A DNA stretch of 64,000 nt. Source: Nostoc sp. CCCryo 231-06. Lineage in GTDB: Bacteria; Cyanobacteriota; Cyanobacteriia; Cyanobacteriales; Nostocaceae. The notes beneath the pieces are model-generated. The model was not told where the DNA came from. It searched no databases and saw only the letters and a program-made list of their open reading frames with translations. Below, piece by piece: positions 9,775 through 20,159 of this stretch. The DNA is taken from contig JAHCSU010000412.1 in assembly GCA_023522315.1 (NCBI GenBank), positions 244 to 64,243 of the forward strand, given 5' to 3'. Made by a program: the position numbers and the translations under genes. Positions within the stretch are counted from its first letter, which is position 1. Every line of letters begins with the position of its first letter.

Positions 9775-9831
9775 AACAAGTTGCCGTTACCATACAAACT
9801 TGTGTTTTTGATAGCATTGACATCGTGGTAT

Positions 9832-10419
9832 TTATGGAAACCACCAGTTACTTCTATTGCTGTAAAAGTGAAAGCGTCCAAAGCCGAGGAATTGTCCGTG
9901 GGATTTCTCACCCACCGGAAACGCTGTTACACCCAATAAGTAGACACCAGAAAAGCTGGGATTCTTCACAGGCCGGAGGGCGATTGTAACTGTCTGTCCC
10001 GGAGTTACAGGCGGATCAAAATTCACATTAACTGTTCGTGTCTCGCGTTCTGCTGTGACTGGGCCTAGTGTTAGCCGAGATTCTTTGCGTAGGCGTAGCC
10101 CGCCGTAGGCATCGCTCGTTCCGACAAATGCGTGCGTATCATTAAGATCATACCGGATGTTTTCTGCTCCCTCCCTCTGTGCGATCGTTACCTTCTGGAG
10201 GGATTCTCCAGCATTTTCCGGCACATTAATCGTGAAATAGTAAGTTGCGCCCCAAACATTCACATCTTTATAAGTAGTCGTCGCGTCAACAAGTTTCGGC
10301 GGTTGGACAAAGTAGACTGTGCCATCTCTAAGCTGCACCGCTTGAGTTACCCGAACAGCAACTCCTCCAATACTGATTGCTAACGAGAGTGTTATCCCAA
10401 ACAAAGTTGCAACGCGCAT
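9832..10419 (-). CDS. DUF2808-like exported cyanobacterial protein with a 7-aa SDR insert
   Basis: Signal-like N-terminus; YYFTINVPENAGESL, FDPPVTPGQTVTI, GVYLLGVTAFP, FLGFGRFHF. Confidence 0.7.
   Translation of the reverse strand: MRVATLFGITLSLAISIGGVAVRVTQAVQLRDGTVYFVQPPKLVDATTTYKDVNVWGATYYFTINVPENAGESLQKVTIAQREGAENIRYDLNDTHAFVGTSDAYGGLRLRKESRLTLGPVTAERETRTVNVNFDPPVTPGQTVTIALRPVKNPSFSGVYLLGVTAFPVGEKSHGQFLGFGRFHFYSNRSNWWFP
10087..10115 (+). repeat. SDR5-like 21-nt insert in a HIP1 site (GCG^ATCGC)
   Basis: GCG[TAGGCGTAGCCCGCCGTAGGC]ATCGC. Related copies at 38489, 39199, 39806 (18 nt), 51100, 51750. Confidence 0.85.
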
Positions 10420-10442
10420 AATTCAAATATAAAAAAACGCAC

Positions 10443-10880
10443 TTATTTCAATTTTAGTTCTTTGGGAATGAGCGACTTGGGAATAATAGAAGCTTGTTTT
10501 TCCCCATCATAAGATTTCGTGTACCACCAAGCCCAAGCAATTAAAACTGCTTGAAACGGAAGTCTGACTACGTGTACCCAAGGTGAATTTGGTATATGTT
10601 CAATCTTAATAAGGTTAACCGCCATATAAATATTGGCAGGGTAGACAGCAATAAAAAGAGCAAGAAGTCCCCAAGCAGCAGCTTGACTTAAAGGCGGGAC
10701 TAATAAGCCGATACCACCTAAAATTTCATAAAAGCCACTGAGATAAACTAATCCTAAAGGGTAAGGTAGTTGCGGCGGCACAATTTTGACATATTCTTTT
10801 GGAACAACAAAGTGTGTCACTCCAACCACAATGATGCATATAGCAAGGATGACTCGTAAGATTTCCTTATATTTATTCAT
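10443..10880 (-). CDS. DoxX-like membrane protein
   Basis: GVTHF, IVPPQLP, SGFYEILGGIGLL, AVYPANIYMA, RLPFQAVLIAWAWW. Confidence 0.75.
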   Translation of the reverse strand: MNKYKEILRVILAICIIVVGVTHFVVPKEYVKIVPPQLPYPLGLVYLSGFYEILGGIGLLVPPLSQAAAWGLLALFIAVYPANIYMAVNLIKIEHIPNSPWVHVVRLPFQAVLIAWAWWYTKSYDGEKQASIIPKSLIPKELKLK

Positions 10881-11007
10881 GAGTTTTGCCTGATTATATA
10901 CTTGTCCCTATTACTTCAGTTTGATTTATGGATGTTAATCTGTCTTGAGTCAACAGGAGGAAAATTGGCAAAATTTTTTAAAATATCATTTAATTAAGAT
11001 ATTTATC

Positions 11008-11127
11008 TAAGTAGGTAGGCGTAATTAAACATAAGATCAAACCTCACCCTCAATTCCTCTCCGAACTCACGGAGAGGGAAGCCGGAGGCTGGGTGAGGTT
11101 TTATATTTAATTTGACCCACTTACTTA
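11008..11127. mobile_element. 120-bp MITE with TAAGTAGGT-type TIRs
   Basis: TAAGTAGGTAGGCG...GACCCACTTACTTA with an internal CCTCTCCG/CGGAGAGG hairpin; same TIR family as 24160-24290. Confidence 0.65.
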
Positions 11128-11255
11128 ATTGTCCATCACATCTTACAGCGATGTGAGCGATTCTTTAATCTTCGCGTCGCTTAGTATAATATCATCTCAG
11201 GTTTATTTGATGGTAATAATTTAGTAGTCAATTCATTACCTGTTACTAATTATCC

Positions 11256-13451
11256 ATGAAAAACATGAGCGATGCCTTTAGCCGACTTGCACCCTTCATC
11301 CAAGAATATATTTATCATCACCAGTGGACTGAATTACGGCCAGTTCAAATTGCCGCTTGTCAAGTTATATTTGACACCGAGGCTCATTTGCTAGTTACTG
11401 CTGCAACTGCTGCGGGTAAAACAGAAGCAGCCTTTCTACCAGTTTTAACTTTATTACATGCCAACCCTGCTGCAACTATAGGGGTATTATATATTAGTCC
11501 AATCAAAGCTTTAATTAACGATCAATTTGAACGCCTCAACGACTTACTCAAAGAAGCAGATATTCCAGTTTGGCACTGGCACGGTGATGTTTCTCAAACT
11601 CGAAAAAACAAACTTTTAAAAAATCCTCAAGGCATTCTACAAATTACACCAGAATCTCTAGAAAGTTTGTTAATCAACAAAAATAACGACCTAATTCGCT
11701 TATTTGGTGATTTAAGATTTGTCATCATTGATGAGATTCACGCCTTCATGGGTTCCGAACGCGGTTGTCAAATTATTTGCCAATTACAACGTTTAGCAAA
11801 GCTGACGCAAAAGCAACCGCGCCGTATTGGTTTGTCAGCAACTCTTGGTGATTACTCAATAGCGGAAGATTGGTTGCGTTCTGGAACAGAAAAGCCAGTG
11901 ATTACACCGCAAACTGATGGGATAAAACGCCAAATAAAACTAGCTGTAGAACATTTTTATATTACAGACGAAGTAGATGAATCAGAGGCGACAGCTTATG
12001 AACAATATATTTTCAACCTTAGCAAATCTCGCAAATGCCTGATATTTGCTAATAATCGCACGCAAACTGAATCTGTAATAGCATCTTTGCGACAAATTGC
12101 CACAGAACAAAGGCTACCAGATATATATCATGTGCATCATGGGAGTATATCTGCTAGCTTGCGGCAAGCAGCTGAAAATGCGATGCGTGAACCTAACAAT
12201 CCAGCAGTTACTGCCGCCACTTTGACTTTAGAATTAGGCATAGATATCGGTCATTTAGAGCGAGTTATTCAGTTAGAATCACCCTTGTCTGTAGCTAGCT
12301 TTTTACAGCGCTTAGGACGTAGCGGCAGAAGAGGTGAAGCTGCCGATATGCGCTTTATTTGCGCCGAAGAGAAACCATTATCAGAAGCTTCTCTACCAGA
12401 GCAAATACCCTGGCAACTTTTGCAGTCTATTGCTATCATTCAACTTTATTTAGAGGAAAAATGGATTGAACCAATCAGACTGATTAAATATCCTTTGAGT
12501 TTGCTTTATCACCAAACAATGAGTATTTTAACAGCAGCAGGGGAAATTTCACCTAATGCCTTAGCTAAACAAATTTTTAGCTTGCCGCCTTTTGCTGCTA
12601 TTTTAAAAGAAGATTTTCAACTATTGCTCCGCTATTTAATTGATATTGGTCATATTCAGCATACTGAGCAAGGTAAATTAATCCTGGGTTTGGCAGGAGA
12701 AAAGATTGTGAGAAAATTCCAGTTTTATGCTGTCTTTGCTGAACAGCAAGAATATATTGTTAAGCAAGGTGCAACGCAAATTGGTAGTATCGTCACGCCG
12801 CCTGCTGTTGGAAATCAATTTGCTTTAGCTGGGAGAACTTGGGAAGTCGTAGAAGTTGACTTTAAAAAGAAGGCTATTTTTGTTAAACAAGCCGAGGGGA
12901 AAGCTAGTATTTATTGGCGTGGTAGTGGTGGGACTATTCACACCAAAGTTTTACAACGAATGCAACAGGTTCTATTTGAAAATGTCGAGTACAGCTATTT
13001 GCAAAAAAATGCTTTGCAACGTTTAAGTAAAGTTCGCCAATTGGTGCAGCAAGTTGGATTAGATAAACAAAATATCTTGCAATTAGAAAAAGGTAAATGC
13101 TGCATTTTTCCCTGGATGGGTACGGTTGCTTACCGCACTTTAGAAAGATTACTCAACTCTTACTGTCGAGAATCTTTGGAAATTATAAGTATTGGCGGAG
13201 TAAATCCTTATTATTTAACAATTAAATTAGGCAAGGATAAATTTAAATATCTTTATCATGAAATTGCTTCATTGTGTGAGCAAAGAATTACCTCAGAAGA
13301 TTTACTAAGTACTTCAGAAGCACCGGAAATTCAAAAGTATGATCAATTTATTCCTCATTCACTTTTACGAAAAGCTTTTGCTAGCGATTCTTTAAATATG
13401 AGAGAACTCCAACAGCAAGTGGCACTTTGGAGACAAGAAGAGATAGCATAA
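11256..13451 (+). CDS. Lhr-like DEAD/DEAH-box SF2 helicase (Shango SngC-like)
   Basis: ATAAGKTEAA (Walker A), SPIKALINDQ, ITPESLE, DEIH, SAT, HHGS, TLELGIDIG, QRLGRSGRR. Confidence 0.8.
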   Translation: MKNMSDAFSRLAPFIQEYIYHHQWTELRPVQIAACQVIFDTEAHLLVTAATAAGKTEAAFLPVLTLLHANPAATIGVLYISPIKALINDQFERLNDLLKEADIPVWHWHGDVSQTRKNKLLKNPQGILQITPESLESLLINKNNDLIRLFGDLRFVIIDEIHAFMGSERGCQIICQLQRLAKLTQKQPRRIGLSATLGDYSIAEDWLRSGTEKPVITPQTDGIKRQIKLAVEHFYITDEVDESEATAYEQYIFNLSKSRKCLIFANNRTQTESVIASLRQIATEQRLPDIYHVHHGSISASLRQAAENAMREPNNPAVTAATLTLELGIDIGHLERVIQLESPLSVASFLQRLGRSGRRGEAADMRFICAEEKPLSEASLPEQIPWQLLQSIAIIQLYLEEKWIEPIRLIKYPLSLLYHQTMSILTAAGEISPNALAKQIFSLPPFAAILKEDFQLLLRYLIDIGHIQHTEQGKLILGLAGEKIVRKFQFYAVFAEQQEYIVKQGATQIGSIVTPPAVGNQFALAGRTWEVVEVDFKKKAIFVKQAEGKASIYWRGSGGTIHTKVLQRMQQVLFENVEYSYLQKNALQRLSKVRQLVQQVGLDKQNILQLEKGKCCIFPWMGTVAYRTLERLLNSYCRESLEIISIGGVNPYYLTIKLGKDKFKYLYHEIASLCEQRITSEDLLSTSEAPEIQKYDQFIPHSLLRKAFASDSLNMRELQQQVALWRQEEIA

Positions 13452-13473
13452 TAATTTAATTACTTGGAAATTT

Positions 13474-14352
13474 CTATAATTTAGAAAAATCATAATTAGG
13501 TAATCCAGTAACATCAGTTTGGAGAGCAAACAAATCACCAGAGGAGAAACTTTTTTCGATCTCTGCTTGGCTGAGTCCAACTGAAGCAGTGGTGATATAG
13601 AGTGTTTGCAAATCTTCGCCGCCAAAAGTACAGCTAGTTGGCACTTGTACAGGTAGCTTTATCCGCAATATCTCTTCACCCTTGGCATTGAAACGAATCA
13701 CACACCATCCATCCCACATAGCCGACCAAATATGTCCTTCACTGTCTATTGTCAACCCATCTGGATGGAAGGATTCATGAGTTAAATCAATGAAAATTCG
13801 ACGATTACTAATGTTTCCTGTTAGCGAATTAAAGTCGTAAGCATATATTTTTTGCTGAGGAGAATCTGTTAAGTAAAATGTCTTTTGATCTGGACTCCAC
13901 CCTAAACCATTAGAAATAGTTAATCCTGTTTCCATTACATGCAATGAACCATCATTGTCATAGCGATAGAGGCTAGCCTGTGGTTTTTCCAAAGAACACA
14001 TTGAACCGAACCAGAAACGTCCTTGAGAGTCACATTTACCATCATTGAAACGATTATCTGGTAGATGTCCTTCAATTTCCAAAATTGGAGTAACTTCACC
14101 TGTCTGGGTGTTGAGAAAAGCCAGGTGATGGCGCAGTGCCATTATTAATCTATCTGCACCTGCTGTTGCGATCGCACCGACGACATCTCCCACATCAAAA
14201 AAGTAGTTTTCCCCAGTAGCAGGGCTGAACTGATGCACCCGATGGTTATAAATATCGACCCAGTACAGTAGGTTTTTGGTTGAGTCCCAAATGGGGCCTT
14301 CACCCAAGCGGGCACGGGCTTCTACAACATTGTGGAGTGGATATTGTCCCAT
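13474..14352 (-). CDS. SMP-30/gluconolactonase/LRE family protein
   Basis: LGEGPIWD, RFNDGKCD, SNGLGWSPD, PDGLTIDSEG. Confidence 0.9.
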   Translation of the reverse strand: MGQYPLHNVVEARARLGEGPIWDSTKNLLYWVDIYNHRVHQFSPATGENYFFDVGDVVGAIATAGADRLIMALRHHLAFLNTQTGEVTPILEIEGHLPDNRFNDGKCDSQGRFWFGSMCSLEKPQASLYRYDNDGSLHVMETGLTISNGLGWSPDQKTFYLTDSPQQKIYAYDFNSLTGNISNRRIFIDLTHESFHPDGLTIDSEGHIWSAMWDGWCVIRFNAKGEEILRIKLPVQVPTSCTFGGEDLQTLYITTASVGLSQAEIEKSFSSGDLFALQTDVTGLPNYDFSKL

Positions 14353-14536
14353 AAGCAGTTAATTTAAATATTAAACCTTCAACCGCTATACCATTTCCGA
14401 ATTCCTGTTCCAGTAAAAACTAAAGACGTGATAAATTGCATCTTTCCCAGGTATAAGAAAAAATATTTTCTTTTGACTTTTGTCAAACCTTTATCGTGAT
14501 CCGTTAACTTAAAATTAGTCAGTCAGGATTCCCCTT

Positions 14537-15259
14537 ATGTACCAAACAGACCCTCCGCGCCCTGCAAAAGAAACCCTACCCACCATGTACGATCTTCCTA
14601 GTGAATACCCGGAGGACTCTGGTTTGCCTGACGAATTTCACCTTTTTCAACCCCAACTTCTGCGCGAAACCTTCTGTCCACCTAACTATCCAGCAGAGGA
14701 GGTATTTGTTGCCACTGACTTAAACCTTTACTATGACCTCCGGCATACACTGTGGTACAAACGCCCGGACTGGTTTGCTGCTGTGGGAGTTTCGCGTCTC
14801 TACGAACAGCAAAACTTGCGTCTGAGTTATGTCATCTGGCAAGAAGGGGTTGCTCCTTTTGTAGTGGTAGAATTGCTTTCTCCTGGCACTGAAAAAGAAG
14901 ACTTAGGACAAACTTTGCGGGAGGTTAACCAACCGCCGACCAAATGGGAAGTTTATGAGCGGATTTTGCGAGTTCCTTACTACATTGTGTTTGACCGCTA
15001 CACTGACAAACTCCAAGCATTCCAATTAGTTGCAGATAGTTACAGCGAATTAGACTTGACTACCCCACGGGTGTGGATGCCGGGTTTGGAACTGGGCTTA
15101 GGACTTTGGCAAGGTTCTTACCAAGGAATTGAGCGGTTGTGGCTACGTTGGTATGATGCATCTGGGAATTGGCTTCCCACGCCGCTAGAACGAGAAAGTC
15201 AACGTGCTAACAGATTAGCAGCACAACTGCGAGAGTTAGGCGTTAACCCTGATTTGTGA
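14537..15259 (+). CDS. Uma2 family endonuclease
   Basis: LPTMYDLPSE, RPDWFAAVGV, VVVELLSPGTEKED, ILRVPYYIVFDR. Confidence 0.85.
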   Translation: MYQTDPPRPAKETLPTMYDLPSEYPEDSGLPDEFHLFQPQLLRETFCPPNYPAEEVFVATDLNLYYDLRHTLWYKRPDWFAAVGVSRLYEQQNLRLSYVIWQEGVAPFVVVELLSPGTEKEDLGQTLREVNQPPTKWEVYERILRVPYYIVFDRYTDKLQAFQLVADSYSELDLTTPRVWMPGLELGLGLWQGSYQGIERLWLRWYDASGNWLPTPLERESQRANRLAAQLRELGVNPDL

Positions 15260-15313
15260 AGGTGCGATCGCATCATTAGGGGTACACAGCGATGCGCCCC
15301 TAAATATCTTTAC

Positions 15314-16252
15314 TCACAACGCTTGTAAAATCTCCTCATCTACAGAGAAATCAACATCAGCTTTATCTTTTGCATTAGCCAAATAGTCATTTTCTAGAGA
15401 ATCTTGTAACCCAGAAATCAAATCATATTCAGGATGCCAATTTAATTCTGTTTGTGCTTTGTTCACCGAAGCAAAGAAATGCTGCACTCGCATCGGAAAA
15501 GCTTTGCGCTTGCCAAAATCAAACTTTTTCGGGTCATAATGGACGATTTTTACAGCATCAGGTGATTTACCAGCCGCTACAGCACTAGCACGGGCTAAAC
15601 CGTCAAAAGTGACAAAGCGATCGCCAGAGATATTATAAATCTGTTTTATGGCTTGTTTATTACCCAAAACCTTAACCATTGCTAGTGCCAAATCTTTTAC
15701 ATGACCAAACTGGGTGATATGCAAGCCATTTCCGGGGATGGGAATGGGGCGATCGCGCACAATTCTGTCAAAAAACCAGCCTTCTAACTCATTATAATTA
15801 CGAGGCCCGTAAATATAAGTAGGACGAATGGAAGTAAAAGGTAATCCCAATTGAGTCAGATAAGCTTCTGTTTCATGTTTACCCTTATGGCGACTTTTAG
15901 GATCTACTGGATCACCTTCTACATGGGGCAATTGGTCAGATTTGAGATATACTCCCGCAGAACTCATATACACAAAATGTTGCACTCGGTCTTGAAAAAT
16001 CTCTGCTAGTGGTTGAGTATCAGTAAGTTCCCGCCCGTTATTGTCAAAAATGACATCAAAGTTTTCTTGTGATAACTTTGCTTTTAATTGAGTAGCATCT
16101 GTGCGATCGCCTATAATTTGTCCTACTCCCTCTAAAGAAGGCGCTGGCCGATTTCCCCGATTGAACAGCACTACCTCATGTCCTTGTTCCACTAGTAGTT
16201 GAGTCAAATAGACACCAATGAACCGAGTACCACCCATAATTAGAATTCGCAT
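15314..16252 (-). CDS. NAD-dependent epimerase/dehydratase family, CSP41b-like
   Basis: GGTRFIG, FDNNGRE, YMSSAGVY, RPTYIYGP, FGKRKAFPMR. Confidence 0.8.
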   Translation of the reverse strand: MRILIMGGTRFIGVYLTQLLVEQGHEVVLFNRGNRPAPSLEGVGQIIGDRTDATQLKAKLSQENFDVIFDNNGRELTDTQPLAEIFQDRVQHFVYMSSAGVYLKSDQLPHVEGDPVDPKSRHKGKHETEAYLTQLGLPFTSIRPTYIYGPRNYNELEGWFFDRIVRDRPIPIPGNGLHITQFGHVKDLALAMVKVLGNKQAIKQIYNISGDRFVTFDGLARASAVAAGKSPDAVKIVHYDPKKFDFGKRKAFPMRVQHFFASVNKAQTELNWHPEYDLISGLQDSLENDYLANAKDKADVDFSVDEEILQAL

Positions 16253-16331
16253 AAATTCACCATTTCTATATCAGTTGTCGTTAAGGGAATAGGGAGTAGG
16301 GGAAGCAGGGGAAGAATAACTATTGGTCATT

Positions 16332-16385
16332 TCCCATTTCCCATGCCCAATGCCCCATGCCCAATGCCCCATGCCCAATGCCCCA
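16332..16385 (+). repeat. STRR heptamer tandem repeat (CCCCATG/CCCAATG)
   Basis: Alternating heptamers; similar tracts at 23219-23246, 31982-32020, 38611-38636, 55258-55290 (ATAACTC), 63943-63970. Confidence 0.9.
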
Positions 16386-16547
16386 CTCTGAGATTATCAG
16401 GTTGCAGCATCCATCTGGAACCTCTAAGGGAAAGATTGCGTCTTATGTGCTAATCTGGGGCGCTTCCCATTAATTAATCACAAGGGAAGACTTTTCAGTT
16501 AACCTCATCAAGTTGGCCTTTGTAATTTCCATTTATTCAAGTTAGCT

Positions 16548-17690
16548 GTGCCCTTGAAATATGCTCTGGTTCATGAGTGGCTGACACCCAAAGCCACCGG
16601 TGGTTCAGAACTCGTTGTACGAGAAATTTTGAATCATATTGATGCTGATTTGTATGCTCTCATCGATTTTGAATCAAGTAATCCTGAAAGTTATTTATAT
16701 AAGCGTCAAATTGGCAAGACGTTTCTCCAAAACTTTCCTTATGCCCGCAACGGTATACAAAAATACTTGCCTTTGTGGCCTTTGGCAATTGAACAACTTG
16801 ATTTACGGCATTATGACGTAATTCTGTCTTCATCCCACGCTGTTGCCAAAGGAATTCTTACCACTCCCGAACAGATGCATATTTGCTACTGTCACAGCCC
16901 TATGCGCTATGCCTGGGACTTGACTTTTGATTATCTGCGCCACAGCAAAATGGGCAGTGGTTTAGCTGGGTGGGTGACGCGATATTTATTACATCGTTTG
17001 CGTCAGTGGGATGTATTGAGTGCCAATCGCGTTGATTACTTCATTGCCAACTCGCAGCATACAGCTCGGCGGATTTGGCGTTGCTATCGACGAGAAGCAA
17101 CAGTCATTTACCCACCAGTGAATATTGCGGAATTTCCATTTCTGTCTGAGAAAGAGGACTTTTACCTGACAGTTTCCCGTTTAGTGAGTTACAAGCAAAT
17201 ATCGTTGATTGTCAAGGCTTTTAATCAACTAAAACGACCACTAGTAGTCATTGGTACAGGAGATGAAATGAACAAGATTCGAGAGATGGCAAACTCTAAT
17301 ATCCAAATACTGGGATGGCAACCCGATAATGTGGTAAAAAAATATATGTCTAGGGCTAAGGCGTTTGTATATGCAGCTTGTGAAGATTTTGGTATTGCCC
17401 TAGTGGAAGCACAAGCCTGTGGCACGCCAGTGATTGCCTACGGTGGAGGGGGTGCTTTAGAAACAGTGCGAGATATTCACTCTGGTGCGGATACAGCGAC
17501 AGGTATATTCTTCAGGACGCAAACAGACGCGGCTTTGGTGGAGGCAGTAGAAAAGTTTGAAGTGTGTGAGGGTTCGTTCAGTTCCGAGTATATGCGATCG
17601 CACGCCGCGCAGTTCTCACCGCAAATTTTTGCAGATCGTTATTTAGATTTTGTAAACAAATGCAACGAAAAAAGACCATTTTTGCAATGA
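16548..17690 (+). CDS. GT4 family glycosyltransferase
   Basis: ALVHEWL...GGSE, SSSHAVAKG, YCHSPMRYAWD, EDFGIALVEAQACGTPVIAY. Confidence 0.9.
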   Translation: MPLKYALVHEWLTPKATGGSELVVREILNHIDADLYALIDFESSNPESYLYKRQIGKTFLQNFPYARNGIQKYLPLWPLAIEQLDLRHYDVILSSSHAVAKGILTTPEQMHICYCHSPMRYAWDLTFDYLRHSKMGSGLAGWVTRYLLHRLRQWDVLSANRVDYFIANSQHTARRIWRCYRREATVIYPPVNIAEFPFLSEKEDFYLTVSRLVSYKQISLIVKAFNQLKRPLVVIGTGDEMNKIREMANSNIQILGWQPDNVVKKYMSRAKAFVYAACEDFGIALVEAQACGTPVIAYGGGGALETVRDIHSGADTATGIFFRTQTDAALVEAVEKFEVCEGSFSSEYMRSHAAQFSPQIFADRYLDFVNKCNEKRPFLQ

Positions 17691-17798
17691 TGGTCTTGAA
17701 TAACGTCTTATTTTTTTAGGCTTTTGGCAATTTTCCCCAGAAGCACCTCATTTTGGCTTTAATATTGGGACTATGTGTGGTGTGGATTATTAAGGAGT

Positions 17799-18557
17799 AT
17801 GATGACTGCCCAGAGCTCACTCCTCTCCGGCAAGCGAGGCGTAAGGCAAGACACCAGAACGTCTACGCGTTTCTTAAAACGCGGTCAAAAAACGAAGACA
17901 CCAAAAGTTAAACCAAAAGGTTTGTCTTTTCAGGATTTAAACGGAGAGTTTGCCAAACGACTGTTCGATATAGTGTTTTCGCTGTCGGTGTTAATTTTGT
18001 TCTTGCCCGTCTACTTAATTTTGGCCTTCTTGATTGCTTTCAGCTCAGAAGGCCCAATTTTTTATGTCCAGGAACGGGTAGGGAAAAATTACAAAACGTT
18101 TAATTGTATTAAATTCCGAACAATGGTAAGCAATGCGGACGAAATCCTTATGCAAATGATGGAAACATCGCCCGAATTGCGACAAGAATTTGAAAGCAGT
18201 TTTAAGCTAAAAAAAGACCCCCGGATTACCAAAATTGGTCGATTTTTGCGAATTACTAGCTTAGACGAATTTCCCCAGTTCTGGAACGTTTTAAAAGGGG
18301 ACATGAGTGTAGTCGGCCCTCGACCATTGGTATCAGAAGAACTGCCAAAATACGGTTGTCACATTGATGAGATTTTAACAATCCGTCCAGGAATTACTGG
18401 TTTGTGGCAGGTGTCTGGGCGTAATGATATTCCCTACCCTCGGCGAGTCCAAATAGACCTGCATTATGCTAGGTTTAGAAATTTCTGGCTTGATTTATGG
18501 ATCATCTTGAAAACTGTTGATGTGGTCATTCTGCCCAAAAATAACGGGGCATACTGA
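17799..18557 (+). CDS. Priming sugar transferase (WcaJ/CpsE-type Bac_transf domain)
   Basis: KRLFDIVFS, KFRTM, SLDEFPQFWNVLKGDMSVVGPRP, RPGITGLWQVSGRN; AGGAG RBS before ATG 17799. Confidence 0.88.
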   Translation: MMTAQSSLLSGKRGVRQDTRTSTRFLKRGQKTKTPKVKPKGLSFQDLNGEFAKRLFDIVFSLSVLILFLPVYLILAFLIAFSSEGPIFYVQERVGKNYKTFNCIKFRTMVSNADEILMQMMETSPELRQEFESSFKLKKDPRITKIGRFLRITSLDEFPQFWNVLKGDMSVVGPRPLVSEELPKYGCHIDEILTIRPGITGLWQVSGRNDIPYPRRVQIDLHYARFRNFWLDLWIILKTVDVVILPKNNGAY

Positions 18558-19056
18558 GTAACTACTTAGGCTCGATTCTGTGGGGCAGTTAATGCCCCTA
18601 AATACCAATTTAGTCCCTAAGACTAAACGATTGTTCTTCTTTATTTATATACTTATCTATAATTTATGCGTTTCTACTTAACTTAGACTTTTTTGAGTGT
18701 GTATCTGTGGTTTGCTTTGCTCTTATTCTGATTTTTGGTATAAGTCTAATTTAAAATATTTATTTTATTCAGTCTTCACAAAACCTATTAAATTATGAAG
18801 TTTTGACAAAAAAAGAACGTACACAAAAAGAATCTTGAGCAATCTAGTAAAAGAAATATACATAATTATACAATCTTGATATATCTAAGAAAAATGACGT
18901 GTTAAATTAATTTTTATTAAGTATATCTATTTAGGGAGAAAGTCTCTTAAAAACAAGAACTCGTAGGTTTCCCATTAGGCAATTGAGCAATTAGCTGCTA
19001 GGTTGTATCAGATTGGCTGTAACTTTTTAATCAAAGACAATAAGGGATAATTAAGC

Positions 19057-20136
19057 ATGACGCAACAGAAACGAGCGTTGATTACTGGTATTACTGGTCA
19101 AGATGGTTCATATCTAAGTGAGTTTTTGTTGGAACAAGGTTATGAGGTTCATGGCATTATTCGCCGGACTTCTACCTTTAACACAGACCGCATCGATCAC
19201 ATTTACGAAGACCCCCATAAAGAGGGAGTGCGGTTGTTTCTTCACTATGGTGACTTGACAGATGGTACAACGTTGCGACGCATTTTAGAAGAAGTCAAGC
19301 CAGTAGAGATTTACAACCTGGGCGCTCAATCCCATGTCAGAGTAAGCTTTGATTCACCAGAATACACGGTGGATGCTGTCGGAATGGGAACGTTGCGTCT
19401 GTTAGAAGCAATTCGGGACTATCAACACCGTACCGGAATTCAGGTGCGATTTTACCAGGCGGGTTCTTCAGAAATGTACGGTTTAGTACAAGCAGTACCT
19501 CAAACTGAGACAACGCCCTTTTATCCCCGCAGTCCCTATGCCTGTGCGAAAGTTTACGCCCACTGGCAAACTATAAATTATCGTGAGTCTTATGATTTGT
19601 TTGCTTGTAATGGCATACTTTTTAACCACGAGTCACCACGCCGGGGTGAAACCTTTGTAACCCGCAAAATTACTAGAGCAGTAGCTGGTATTGTTGCTGG
19701 TAAGCAGAAAAAAATTTACATGGGTAATTTAGACGCAAAGCGAGATTGGGGCTATGCGAAGGATTACGTCAAAGCAATGTGGTTGATGTTACAGAAAGAC
19801 CAGCCAGACGATTACGTAATTTCTACTGGTGAAACCCACTCGGTGCGGGAGTTTTTGGAACTAGCATTTAATTACGTAAATCTCAATTGGGAAGATTATG
19901 TAGAGTTTGATGAGCGTTACCTCCGTCCATCTGAGGTAGAGTTGTTGATTGGAGATTCTACCAAAGCACGGCAGAAGTTGGGCTGGGCACCATCAATAAC
20001 CTTTGAAGAATTAGTTTCCTTAATGGTAGAAGCAGATTTACAAGCATTGGGTCACACTTCACCCAATGGAAATGGTTCGCAATTTCCATTAGATATTGCA
20101 ACTATTCGTCAACAACTGGGCGCTTTGCACTTCTGA
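19057..20136 (+). CDS. gmd: GDP-mannose 4,6-dehydratase
   Basis: [59 protein letters not shown]. Confidence 0.97.
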   Translation: MTQQKRALITGITGQDGSYLSEFLLEQGYEVHGIIRRTSTFNTDRIDHIYEDPHKEGVRLFLHYGDLTDGTTLRRILEEVKPVEIYNLGAQSHVRVSFDSPEYTVDAVGMGTLRLLEAIRDYQHRTGIQVRFYQAGSSEMYGLVQAVPQTETTPFYPRSPYACAKVYAHWQTINYRESYDLFACNGILFNHESPRRGETFVTRKITRAVAGIVAGKQKKIYMGNLDAKRDWGYAKDYVKAMWLMLQKDQPDDYVISTGETHSVREFLELAFNYVNLNWEDYVEFDERYLRPSEVELLIGDSTKARQKLGWAPSITFEELVSLMVEADLQALGHTSPNGNGSQFPLDIATIRQQLGALHF

Positions 20137-20159
20137 TTCGCACCACAGAGGATAAAAAT

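Noticed and set aside
17799-18557. Assigning hepC
   Set aside because: A generic Bac_transf sugar transferase; two paralogs are in the window and orthology cannot be determined by eye.
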